From positions 1 to 58,285 of the IMG/VR virus record IMGVR_UViG_3300030207_002897: a stretch of DNA of 58,285 bases; one strand, given 5' to 3'. Each line of letters begins with the position of its first letter. Position 1 is the stretch's first letter. Made by a program: the position numbers and the translations under genes. This DNA comes from a virus (lineage: Duplodnaviria > Caudoviricetes). The notes under the pieces are model-generated. The model saw only the letters and a list, made by a program, of their open reading frames with translations, was not told the origin of the DNA and ran no database searches. Below are positions 29,629 through 38,119 of the stretch, piece after piece.

Positions 29629-30012
29629 GAAGGGGACGTCGTTCGACTGAACTGGTTGAGCCATAGGCTCTGTGCTTGCAGGTCGGTCGGCTGTGTCTGA
29701 TTTCTTATCTAAAGAAATTAATTTATCTACAGTAACCTTGTGCTTACTACGCTTTCCGTCCTCAGTCTCCCATCTATCCTGATGAAGCCTACCTTCTACC
29801 AAGACATTGGAACCCTTGCTTAGATAGTTAGATGCAAAGTTAGCAGTCTGATTCCACAGTGTAAGATCTACATAGTGTACTGTCTGCTTGTCCTTGTATC
29901 CTTCGTTAACTGCAAGGGGTACATCACCTACTACCTTATCCTCTCCTAGTTGTCTTAGCTCTACGTCTCGAACTAAATTCCCTGCTAGGATTACTCTATT
30001 AAAACTTGCCAT
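29626..30012 (-). CDS. ssb: Single-stranded DNA-binding protein
   Basis: FNRVILAGNLVRDVELR, KGSNVLVEGRL and acidic DVPF tail. Confidence 0.97.
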   Translation of the reverse strand: MASFNRVILAGNLVRDVELRQLGEDKVVGDVPLAVNEGYKDKQTVHYVDLTLWNQTANFASNYLSKGSNVLVEGRLHQDRWETEDGKRSKHKVTVDKLISLDKKSDTADRPASTEPMAQPVQSNDVPF

Positions 30013-30016
30013 CTCA

Positions 30017-31666
30017 TTAACCTTTCAAAATAATTTTAGTTATGTGGCTGGGCGGAACCCAGTATTCATCTACATCCTGTGTCAGTACAGCCAACACAGG
30101 TACCTTTAATTCGTCTGGCCATGGAGTCATGCCATCCGTGATTGCAACTATTACATCTGGCTTCGGGTTAGCCTGAGCTAGCGTGTCTTCAATTAACACA
30201 CCAACATCAGTACCTCCACCACCATTCATCTGAAGTTGCCTCAGTTGATTGTCACTTACATTCTTAGACATAACTACTTTAGTCTTAGCTCCGGTGTCAC
30301 CCGTGATAACACAGACATCCTCGCTGGATCCCAGGTTATCTAATAATTTTTTTATTACTGAGTAAGCCTTGTCGTAATCATCACTCATCATGGAAGCTGA
30401 TGTGTCTAGGCATATTGCAAGCTGTGGTTTCCCACTGCGTTTGACTGGCCTGCATACTCCATGCCCTAGCCCACGCCTATTCAACCTGCGATAAGTTCGC
30501 TTGCCTCCCCTGGATCTAAAATTATTTAGTTTTCCACGGGTCAGCCTGAGTATCATAGACCATGGGTCTTCGGAGATCTTAGATATGGAACGCATCACAT
30601 CCTTCAAGGCGAATGATATGTTACTACCTAAATCGCCCTGAGCTTTGTGACATGCTGATGTTATAAGTGAATCAACATCGGCTTCACTCATTGAGTTTCC
30701 ACCAGCGTCATCACTTGAGCCAGCTATCTCCCAAGCTCTTGGCGTTCCATCTGATAACGAGGATCCATTTCCTCCGGTGCCTGGCGCTGATATTGGTTCG
30801 CCATTCCAGACGAGGGAGCCTGATTCATCTGTTGATATGAAGCCATCTGCTGGCTCGCCATCTGATTCAGCTGAGCGTCCATCACTTGCAGTGCGTTCGC
30901 TGTCCCCTGATTGATCCCGATGATCTGACCCGCTAGTATCTGTAGCTGTCCTTCCATCTGGTTCAACTTCTCCTTCAGTTCCTCCTGCTGATCCTTGTTC
31001 TGCACTAGATTCCCCAGTGTCACTTGGATCGTCGTCAGTTTCTCGTTGAAATCTAACTGAACTTCCTGTATCTTCTCCAGTGTCGCTCGGCCTATCCGAC
31101 CGTTCGTCGTTGGAGTTGCTTTGGTCTTGGCCATCGCTAATTCCTTTCATCAAAATTCTAAAAACTTTTTCTGCGGATTGATTGCCTGTGATCTCAGGTG
31201 TTTGACTGTATGGGTATCGGTCGTGCATCAACCAATCATAACCCACCCTGAACTCACACCATCTACCACTCGTCCCGTGTACCGAGAACTCCTGGTCTAG
31301 TAAATAATTTACTGTTATGTCACAGGCCTCATTCCATTTCTCTCTACTAATCTTTGTAGGATTATTCACTAAGGCGTGGAACCTACGGTGATGTCCCATA
31401 AATATATGACACATCTCATGCAACAAGCACGAACTGATCTCCGCTTGATGCCTATTCTTTAGGTACTCAGGGTCGTAGTACAGATTCAAGAATCTATCTA
31501 CTGCCATAGTGCCTAGCCCTTTGACTGGCACAGTACGCATAGAGAACAGTAAGTCACGGGAGAACTTCCAGTACCTAGCAGCCGTCAGCTTTGCTTGTCG
31601 CAAAACCTCCGGCTCTTTGTGGTTTATTCTAGAATATACTTCCGTTGTCGGCAATGATTTAGCCAT
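30017..31666 (-). CDS. DUF2201-type metallopeptidase-VWA protein
   Basis: TMAVD, HEMCH, WNEACD, acidic linker, and VWA MIDAS residues DTSASM, GGGGTD, ITDG. Confidence 0.9.
   Translation of the reverse strand: MAKSLPTTEVYSRINHKEPEVLRQAKLTAARYWKFSRDLLFSMRTVPVKGLGTMAVDRFLNLYYDPEYLKNRHQAEISSCLLHEMCHIFMGHHRRFHALVNNPTKISREKWNEACDITVNYLLDQEFSVHGTSGRWCEFRVGYDWLMHDRYPYSQTPEITGNQSAEKVFRILMKGISDGQDQSNSNDERSDRPSDTGEDTGSSVRFQRETDDDPSDTGESSAEQGSAGGTEGEVEPDGRTATDTSGSDHRDQSGDSERTASDGRSAESDGEPADGFISTDESGSLVWNGEPISAPGTGGNGSSLSDGTPRAWEIAGSSDDAGGNSMSEADVDSLITSACHKAQGDLGSNISFALKDVMRSISKISEDPWSMILRLTRGKLNNFRSRGGKRTYRRLNRRGLGHGVCRPVKRSGKPQLAICLDTSASMMSDDYDKAYSVIKKLLDNLGSSEDVCVITGDTGAKTKVVMSKNVSDNQLRQLQMNGGGGTDVGVLIEDTLAQANPKPDVIVAITDGMTPWPDELKVPVLAVLTQDVDEYWVPPSHITKIILKG
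30724..31134 (-). CDS. Nested coiled-coil protein in an alternative frame inside the VWA peptidase gene
   Basis: 136 aa, AAAGGA 7 nt before ATG, heptad periodicity, Gln/Met-rich tail. Confidence 0.6.
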   Translation of the reverse strand: MAKTKATPTTNGRIGRATLEKIQEVQLDFNEKLTTIQVTLGNLVQNKDQQEELKEKLNQMEGQLQILAGQIIGINQGTANALQVMDAQLNQMASQQMASYQQMNQAPSSGMANQYQRQAPEEMDPRYQMERQELGR

Positions 31667-31676
31667 GATAAACTCC

Positions 31677-32792
31677 TTAATTGTGGATGTTACTTAGCCA
31701 ATCATCTTCCATGCTGGCAACGTACTCGTTCTTAACTACATCATGACCATCAGGTTTCAGCTCTAACAGCTTAGCCTCGAAGGTCTTTGCAATCTCAGGG
31801 TGTGTACGATGCACTGTTGCAAGGAACTCTCTGCCATTCTCCCATCTCTCTGGAGTTAACTCTTCCTTAACTCTAGTGAGTACAGATTTAACGTAGCTTA
31901 TAGCTAGGTTGCTTGCTTTAGGTAGCTCAATCTCACGAGGACTGTTAAGTATTTCCTCGGGATCACCGTAGCTATCTACATCTAGGAAGTCTAAGAACTC
32001 CTGACCTACCTCATCACCGACACATCCACCTATTAACTTACGCTGTGTCTTCTTGTTGGCACCGACTAGCATTGCGGCACCCAAGATACGAGCAGCATTA
32101 GTCCACGATCTAGGTGAAGGGAATGGACTACCCATAGTCTCATCTTTATTGGGTCGGTTAAGATACTCAGGCCGAGACAGTGTAGTTCTACAGTTAACAA
32201 AACTATTTATTTTGTCAGCGTAGAAAGGTACTGATTCCTCCCAACCATCTGGAATCATAGGGAACTTAGGTGCTGGAAACTCAAAGCCTCCACCCTCAGT
32301 CATCCCTTGAGCCCATGCTTTCTTGTCGAACTCCCAATCACCTACGCACATCCTGTTAATCATAGGCTCGCTGATCTCGTGACCGTTCGCAGCTTCATCA
32401 GGTCTGTTACCTGCTGCGTACACCCAGCAATTCTTTGGCGGGCTAGCCATGAACGTGAGTGCTGCTGCTTGCATGTCCTCCGATACACAAGTGAACTCGT
32501 CAACCAGCATTAAAGATTTTTCTTTCTTAGCCTGGATGATGTTCTCCATTGGGTACTTCTTAATGACACCATGCTCTTCGCCATCCACTGTTACCTTGGA
32601 CGGTATAGGAAATCCTCCAATGTCCTCTGGTTCGTGCTGATCCAGGAGCATAAGAATAAATTTTCTTTGTGCTGCCTGTGATAGTGCTGTCATTACCTCC
32701 GTCTTGCCTAGTCCAGGTGAACCATATGCAAAACTTACTACTCCGATTTGTGGTGGGATAAAGTACCACCAATTTGTTTGCTTAGTTTTCAT
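31677..32792 (-). CDS. MoxR-like AAA+ ATPase
   Basis: GSPGLGKT, EPEDIGGFP, LMLVDE, AAGN, NRM and PSPRSW motifs; adjacent VWA partner. Confidence 0.9.
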   Translation of the reverse strand: MKTKQTNWWYFIPPQIGVVSFAYGSPGLGKTEVMTALSQAAQRKFILMLLDQHEPEDIGGFPIPSKVTVDGEEHGVIKKYPMENIIQAKKEKSLMLVDEFTCVSEDMQAAALTFMASPPKNCWVYAAGNRPDEAANGHEISEPMINRMCVGDWEFDKKAWAQGMTEGGGFEFPAPKFPMIPDGWEESVPFYADKINSFVNCRTTLSRPEYLNRPNKDETMGSPFPSPRSWTNAARILGAAMLVGANKKTQRKLIGGCVGDEVGQEFLDFLDVDSYGDPEEILNSPREIELPKASNLAISYVKSVLTRVKEELTPERWENGREFLATVHRTHPEIAKTFEAKLLELKPDGHDVVKNEYVASMEDDWLSNIHN

Positions 32793-32812
32793 AACTAATC
32801 TTTTCCTTACTA

Positions 32813-33772
32813 CTAAAGTTCAATATCACTAAACACATCTGCATTAACATTAACATTTGCCTCGTATTCTGCCCGTCGTGCAGACTCTTCGACTGACTCT
32901 ACGAGTTTGTTGAACTCATCCATCTCAGATAGCAGTGGCTTCAACAACGCAACCTCTGCTCTCCACTTCTCACCTATATCCTTACGGATTCTCATGACAC
33001 GATCGGTTTGATTCTCTCTTGTATTGAGATCATCAAGCTCAGCCTGTATCTTTATGAAGTCTTCTCTCACTACATCGAACAGGGATTTCATACTCTCTGG
33101 TGATGATGATGGTGGGAAGTCTCGTATAACAATACCCATGTCATCAAGATTCTTAGCTAGCAATGTCCAGTCTTCACTGTCCTTGCTGTGCATCCAGTAA
33201 ACCCTGGAGTCTAGCTGCTTGACAAAGAAATTTCTTTCGACATATCTTTGAAGGCTGTCGTTCACCTGAGTGGAATCAATAGTGTCCTCATACTTATCCC
33301 AGTATTTCTTTACTATGTAGTTCACACTAGGTATGTGAGGGTTACTAGAATCCTTCGGGTCTTCGATAGGCTTCGTGTCTTTCTTGCTGGAAAAGAATTT
33401 TATTTCAGGATCTTTGGGATAACCTGGATGCAGCTCATCGTACTTGATTAACCTGACACAGCATGTGAACACATACTCTGTGTCACCTTCACCGTTCTGA
33501 TAGTTGTATCCGATCTCGTACTTATCTCTGCGTCCGTCCTCTCTATCCCAGCTACGCCACATAGGGGTGATGACTGGCCTGAACCTAGTAATACCATATG
33601 AATTACTCTTCCATTCAGACATCGCCCTGTTGAGTACATACTTAAAGTTCTTGGATAGATCTACATCAGGTGCAACGTGACTGCCCATTTCATTTGAGTA
33701 TTCCTCATGGCTGACACGCTTACCCTTCCACATAATGATGTGGCCCATTGCTTCATTCGTCGTCGAGCTCAT
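32813..33772 (-). CDS. Hypothetical protein upstream of the AAA/VWA pair
   Basis: 319 aa ORF with helical C-terminus; start uncertain. Confidence 0.7.
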   Translation of the reverse strand: MSSTTNEAMGHIIMWKGKRVSHEEYSNEMGSHVAPDVDLSKNFKYVLNRAMSEWKSNSYGITRFRPVITPMWRSWDREDGRRDKYEIGYNYQNGEGDTEYVFTCCVRLIKYDELHPGYPKDPEIKFFSSKKDTKPIEDPKDSSNPHIPSVNYIVKKYWDKYEDTIDSTQVNDSLQRYVERNFFVKQLDSRVYWMHSKDSEDWTLLAKNLDDMGIVIRDFPPSSSPESMKSLFDVVREDFIKIQAELDDLNTRENQTDRVMRIRKDIGEKWRAEVALLKPLLSEMDEFNKLVESVEESARRAEYEANVNVNADVFSDIEL

Positions 33773-34082
33773 CGTTTATATTCCTTTCTAACTTGTCGAT
33801 GATCTTATTCTTTTCTTCCTGTGTAATTTCTACGTCAGCTAGGACTTCTGTTATGGCTTGGAAACTATTCTGTATCTGTTCAATAGGCACACAGATAGAA
33901 TGTTTAATGCCATTCTCATCCTCGTGTAACTGAACAATATCTAATAGCCCATCAACCACGCCAGCTAGCATAGTTATTAGTGGCCCAGCCATGTCATGCT
34001 TACCATCCTTGAGCTTCATGACAAAGCCTTCGACTCCGTACTGACCTTCTGTTGAGATCTTAATTAAATACTTTTCACTCAC
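33753..34082 (-). CDS. Hypothetical protein
   Basis: 109 aa, SD AGGAG, operon packing. Confidence 0.7.
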   Translation of the reverse strand: MSEKYLIKISTEGQYGVEGFVMKLKDGKHDMAGPLITMLAGVVDGLLDIVQLHEDENGIKHSICVPIEQIQNSFQAITEVLADVEITQEEKNKIIDKLERNINDELDDE

Positions 34083-34278
34083 TAGTTTTCTCCTTATCTA
34101 GTGCAGGTTTGTAGACAGGTAACGCGCGTAACTTCCGATGCTCCGCTTCAACTTCATTACCTAAGTCTGGGTTCTCTTCCATTGATAGTAGATCCTGCAT
34201 CTCCATCTCATCCAGGTATCTCTGGTATTCGATGTCGTTGTATGGATCATCCTTAAATAGCTGATTCAATTCATCCAT
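34075..34278 (-). CDS. Hypothetical acidic protein
   Basis: 67 aa, SD GGAGG, operon packing. Confidence 0.65.
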   Translation of the reverse strand: MDELNQLFKDDPYNDIEYQRYLDEMEMQDLLSMEENPDLGNEVEAEHRKLRALPVYKPALDKEKTSE

Positions 34279-34492
34279 TGCTTAGCTCCTCCAGCTTTTT
34301 GTATGGTGCCCATATCAAAGGGACTTCCTTCTCCTCGAACACCTCGATAGATATGATATGTACTGGCCTCTCTGCCAGTGCGTCGTTGTATTCCCGTAGC
34401 AATTCATTGATTGCTTCGAGTGGACTAGCCGCAAAATACCTACGCATGTGTGTATCATCTGCGGTAGTGTGATACTTAAGAATGAATAACAT
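34271..34492 (-). CDS. Hypothetical protein
   Basis: 73 aa, SD AGGAGG, operon packing. Confidence 0.65.
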   Translation of the reverse strand: MLFILKYHTTADDTHMRRYFAASPLEAINELLREYNDALAERPVHIISIEVFEEKEVPLIWAPYKKLEELSNG

Positions 34493-35504
34493 CTTTCTCC
34501 TCCTTTACTTGATGCCATAGTGGTCCATGACCCCAGTCTTTCAGGGTCGTCACGAAATGTGTACGGTCTGTTGTCATTAGCTGGTTGATTGCATACTCAG
34601 CTGTATGTTTCTTAGGTATTGCTGAGTTAGATCTGATACGCCATAGCTTCCAACCTGCATCGAGTATCTCTTTGTTCCTAGGCCTATCATCCTTGTCACC
34701 ATGGTAGTAGTAGCTGTCGTACTCGATAGCTATCTTCTTGTCTGGGAATGCACAGTCAATGTATCTACTACCTAATTTGTAGTTCAGTTCAGCCTTGAGG
34801 AATTGAGCTAGCTTTACTTGTACTACAGAGACTCTCTTGCCATTAACAAAGTTGATGCAGGATGTACATCTCTTTCCCCTGCTGAGGTTGTTGTATGTCC
34901 TGCCTTCTACAGCATTACACTTCTTGCATTGCCACTCTGTCTTAGTGTATGTGTTATTAGGCAGTTCTTTTCCTACCCAAACCAAACTAGATTCTTTTGC
35001 CAGGTTAATATAATCTTTTTCTTTTAGTCTTCTGTTTGCTGACGTTTGCCTTAATGAATCAGATACTTTCCAGCACGACATGCAGTTCCTTAGACCTAGC
35101 TTATGGGCGTTAAGCAATGTAGAGTATGTGCTGTATTGATATTGCTTGCACTTCAAACACAACCATTTAGACTTTTGGATTGTGTATCTTGGTGCTTTGC
35201 CTATGTGTTTGAATTCCATTTTGCTAGCCAGCTCTACATAATGCTCCTTCTTTCTTTGTGGTCTCCACTTCTCCAGGTTTTCATTGGATATTTTTCTTGC
35301 ACATTTGGGACAGCCAAAGCCTCTTCTTAGATTGCTATATGAAGTGAGCCAGATATGCTTGCACTTCTTGCATTGGTACCTCTGTTTTGTTTCAGACGGT
35401 GCTCTCCATGAAGATTTATCTTTGCGTGGTAATTCTTTAGCAAGCCACAATACATTCTTTTCTTTTGCTACTTGCTGATAGTCTTTCTTTGTAAGACGTG
35501 TCAT
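34476..35504 (-). CDS. Zn-ribbon-repeat protein with C-terminal Vsr/DUF559-like endonuclease (homing endonuclease-like)
   Basis: Three repeats each carrying CxxC...Y..L...CxxC; YIDCAFPDKKIAIEYDSYYYH...GWKLWRI; Lys-rich. Confidence 0.8.
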   Translation of the reverse strand: MTRLTKKDYQQVAKEKNVLWLAKELPRKDKSSWRAPSETKQRYQCKKCKHIWLTSYSNLRRGFGCPKCARKISNENLEKWRPQRKKEHYVELASKMEFKHIGKAPRYTIQKSKWLCLKCKQYQYSTYSTLLNAHKLGLRNCMSCWKVSDSLRQTSANRRLKEKDYINLAKESSLVWVGKELPNNTYTKTEWQCKKCNAVEGRTYNNLSRGKRCTSCINFVNGKRVSVVQVKLAQFLKAELNYKLGSRYIDCAFPDKKIAIEYDSYYYHGDKDDRPRNKEILDAGWKLWRIRSNSAIPKKHTAEYAINQLMTTDRTHFVTTLKDWGHGPLWHQVKEEKDVIHS

Positions 35505-35604
35505 CTGTATCTCCTCCTACTGGTAGCGGGCTGACGAGTACATCTAGATCCCCACCTAGTATGCACTCGAGAGTTTGTGCATAGACCCGCCAGCCCTTCC
35601 AGTT

Positions 35605-35757
35605 CTACCAACGTGATACCTCTAGCTGGGCATCACTTGTTATTACAGTTCTAGTTTCAAATGATCTGCACCCTGTCAGTGCTGAGATAGCTAGGCTAAT
35701 ACCTAGCACCATTAGCACAGCTTTAAGAGTGCTGTCTGTCTTGAGTAGGTTTCTCAT
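35605..35757 (-). CDS. Small lipoprotein (50 aa, not in ORF track)
   Basis: MRNLLKTDSTLKAVLMVLGISLAISALTGCRSFETRTVITSDAQLEVSRW; hydrophobic stretch plus LTGC lipobox. Confidence 0.6.
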   Translation of the reverse strand: MRNLLKTDSTLKAVLMVLGISLAISALTGCRSFETRTVITSDAQLEVSRW

Positions 35758-35965
35758 CCTCTTCCTCCCATGGTAAAGATAATACTATTGCATCGAGGAT
35801 TGTCATGTCCTCGTGTGTTAATGGCAGCTCAACCATCATTCGCTTATTCATTTGCAGTGCAGTCCACAAGTACATCTCTTGCTTAGTAACCTCATGCTCC
35901 TGCCTGGTGTAGTATGCGAACGCATCGTCAACTAGCATTGATTCTTTTTCAGTCAGCGTTACCAT
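35723..35965 (-). CDS. Hypothetical protein
   Basis: 80 aa, SD GGAGG. Confidence 0.65.
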   Translation of the reverse strand: MVTLTEKESMLVDDAFAYYTRQEHEVTKQEMYLWTALQMNKRMMVELPLTHEDMTILDAIVLSLPWEEEDEKPTQDRQHS

Positions 35966-36275
35966 TGATTCCTCCCATCCTGATCCAATGATCTACTAAA
36001 TGCTTACTGCCTCGTGCTGCTTCGGGCACATGGTTAATCATCCACTTAGCCCACATCTTTATCTGTATGATGTTGCTTGCGTCTGCACGTATGACCGCAG
36101 TTAAAAAATTATTTTCTAGCATAGCCCGGAAGAAACCTGTGCTTGATAGCTTGCCATCCATGACGTAGTTGGTTACTGTTTCAACTACCATCGGATCTTT
36201 GCTAGGCATAGCATCAATAGATTCCTGTCCCTTCCAGTTAGTCAGGTTAAGTTCTTTTACTTCACTCATTGTCAC
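35949..36275 (-). CDS. Conserved phage hypothetical protein
   Basis: GFFRAMLENNFLTAVIRAD..N...P..ARGS...V..W pattern recalled from many phage early genes. Confidence 0.7.
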   Translation of the reverse strand: MTMSEVKELNLTNWKGQESIDAMPSKDPMVVETVTNYVMDGKLSSTGFFRAMLENNFLTAVIRADASNIIQIKMWAKWMINHVPEAARGSKHLVDHWIRMGGINGNAD

Positions 36276-36609
36276 TGCCTCCCTGTAAGTCAGCTTGTGT
36301 TAAGACAGGTGGTTCGCCTGCGTGCATTGCTTCATCCATAACTTGAACCTGATCTATCAAACTCCGACTCCGATCATCACTTATGTACTGTATTTCTTTG
36401 AGCATCCCGCCGAACTCATCCGATGTTACATCTTTAAACTCATCGACGAGTTCACCCTGGCTGTCAAAGTATTTTATTTTGACTAGCTCGCTGTACATTA
36501 CGTCATCTTCTTGTGCGAGTGATGGCTCTTGCATTGTTATCTCAACGGTACGACCATTGCTGTACTGCATAGAGCATGTGTAATTGCTACGATTAATTAC
36601 AAATTTCAT
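36262..36609 (-). CDS. Hypothetical early protein
   Basis: Start moved to ATG 36609 (AAGGAG upstream); the 5' extension in the track is low-complexity leader. Confidence 0.7.
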   Translation of the reverse strand: MKFVINRSNYTCSMQYSNGRTVEITMQEPSLAQEDDVMYSELVKIKYFDSQGELVDEFKDVTSDEFGGMLKEIQYISDDRSRSLIDQVQVMDEAMHAGEPPVLTQADLQGGSDNE

Positions 36610-36762
36610 AATGAATCTCCTTAAGGAAGAGTGTTTGCCTAAACGCAAACGAAGAAAAGAAAGTTTGAATAACCAACCAACACAGCTAGCAAACAAACAA
36701 AACAACACTAACAAACAAAAGGGCAAACACACTTCCATCTATTAATATTCCGCCATCGGAAT

Positions 36763-36791
36763 AGTATACCATCGCCGCCTGTTGGATGCAA
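36763..36791 (-). promoter_or_regulatory. Strong sigma70-like leftward early promoter
   Basis: TTGCAT-17 nt-TATACT with extended -10 TG. Confidence 0.8.
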
Positions 36792-36932
36792 CCACTGCCG
36801 CCTGTTGCCTACTTAACCTGGGTGTGAACTGGGGCATCTGCTCCTGAAGCGTAAGACGGTGAACCTGTGAACCTGGTACCAGCTCCTATATGTGTTAGCC
36901 GAACGGAGTTCGGCGTTCATATAGGGGCGCAT

Positions 36933-36971
36933 AAAAAAAGCCACGGCACCAGCTAAGGCTAGTACCGTGGC
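36933..36971 (-). terminator. Intrinsic terminator
   Basis: GCCACGGTACTAG...CTGGTGCCGTGGC then TTTTTTT. Confidence 0.88.
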
Positions 36972-36987
36972 AACGTGGAGCTTTGAC

Positions 36988-37497
36988 CTACTTGGTTACC
37001 GGCGTGCGAGCCGTGTAATCGTTCACCATTGGTAGAGTTCGCTTACCCCACACCCCTGTCAAAGCTGCCATGGGGCCGAGGTGCTGGCCTGAAAGCATAG
37101 GCCGAGTGATGAACTCTGGTTTGATTACTTTCCCAGAGGTCGGATGAGTGAACTTAAGACCGTGCGTATTTGGCACAACGTGGTAAGGCCTGTTATCGGC
37201 AGTCGGATTGTACTCGTCACGTTTCCAGGTAATACGGTCTTTAGTTACCTCATCGACCTCGCCGGTCTCGGGGTCAATCGGCTCTGGGAAAGTAGCAACC
37301 AGATCAAGCTCGGCCCCTGATAGCAGCACTGGAAGTACCATGAGCCACTTATAACCATTCACGACATACTCACCAATGACTAACTTATCATCGAATGATT
37401 TGGTAGTAACCGTGAAGTCGTCACTGTTCCCGACTGGATTAGTAACTAGGAAGTTAGGACCACGATTGAGGCGGACTGGTTTAGTTGAGTTAGACAT
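36988..37497 (-). CDS. Hypothetical protein, first leftward gene
   Basis: 169 aa, SD AGGAG, own terminator. Confidence 0.8.
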   Translation of the reverse strand: MSNSTKPVRLNRGPNFLVTNPVGNSDDFTVTTKSFDDKLVIGEYVVNGYKWLMVLPVLLSGAELDLVATFPEPIDPETGEVDEVTKDRITWKRDEYNPTADNRPYHVVPNTHGLKFTHPTSGKVIKPEFITRPMLSGQHLGPMAALTGVWGKRTLPMVNDYTARTPVTK

Positions 37498-37999
37498 ATC
37501 AATGTCTCCTAAAGTTAGAAAAAAAATTTAATTAGACTAGCAAACAAACTAGTCAACACCCTCACAACAAAGGGCAGGGAATGGATCATCGACGACAGGA
37601 GATGAGGAATGGACTGCCTAAACGTGGCTAGAGAAGAGGAGACAATGATATGTCGTGAACCACCAACGGGAACAGTGACGACCATGCAAATCTGGTGAGT
37701 ATGTTGGTGAATGGTTGTACGTGCAGTGGCTCATGGTACTGGGGTTGCTGCGGTCAGGGAATCGGTTCTTCGCTGGTGCAGGTGAACTGGTGAGCCGGCT
37801 GAAGCGAAGGGGGCCCGATGCCCCAAGTGGCAACCCCCCTATATTATGTCCCACGCGGAGATTTTTTGCACTTTCCCAGCCAAAAGGCGGCTTTTCCACC
37901 AGAACTCTATGGGCAAATGGTCGCTCGCGTTTGTTGTTGGCCTGTTCGGAAAGTAAAATTTTTTCAAAACAATAATTTTTTAGAAGGGGTTGGTGTACG

Positions 38000-38022
38000 C
38001 AAGACGACATTTTGTCATCTTA
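38000..38022. promoter_or_regulatory. 23-bp palindromic site, copy 4 (CAAGACGACA-TTT-TGTCATCTTA)
   Basis: In the divergent control region, ~55 bp upstream of a TATAAT at 38078. Confidence 0.85.
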
Positions 38023-38119
38023 GTAATTAATCGGCGTATCTGGAAAACCAGTATTTTTCTTTTAGAGGCCACCCAGTTATAATCAGGGGACTGTACGAGA
38101 GTATGTTAGGAGAAAAGCT

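Noticed and set aside
35492-35506. TAAGACGTGTCATCT as a sixth palindrome copy (also GACA-N6-TGTCGTG near 37641)
   Set aside because: Half-site spacing is wrong; the first overlaps a start codon and may be chance.
35531-35570. CTGACGA as a hammerhead ribozyme core
   Set aside because: No GAAA after a stem II; the pairing fits a different fold on the minus strand.
36610-36738. Hydrophobic Cys-rich N-terminal extension of ORF 36262..36738
   Set aside because: Translation of the U/G-rich leader; a clear SD supports ATG 36609.
37618-38030. ORFs 37618..38010(-), 37715..37975(+) and 37818..38030(+)
   Set aside because: No convincing SD, mutually overlapping, unnatural composition; region reads better as non-coding control DNA.
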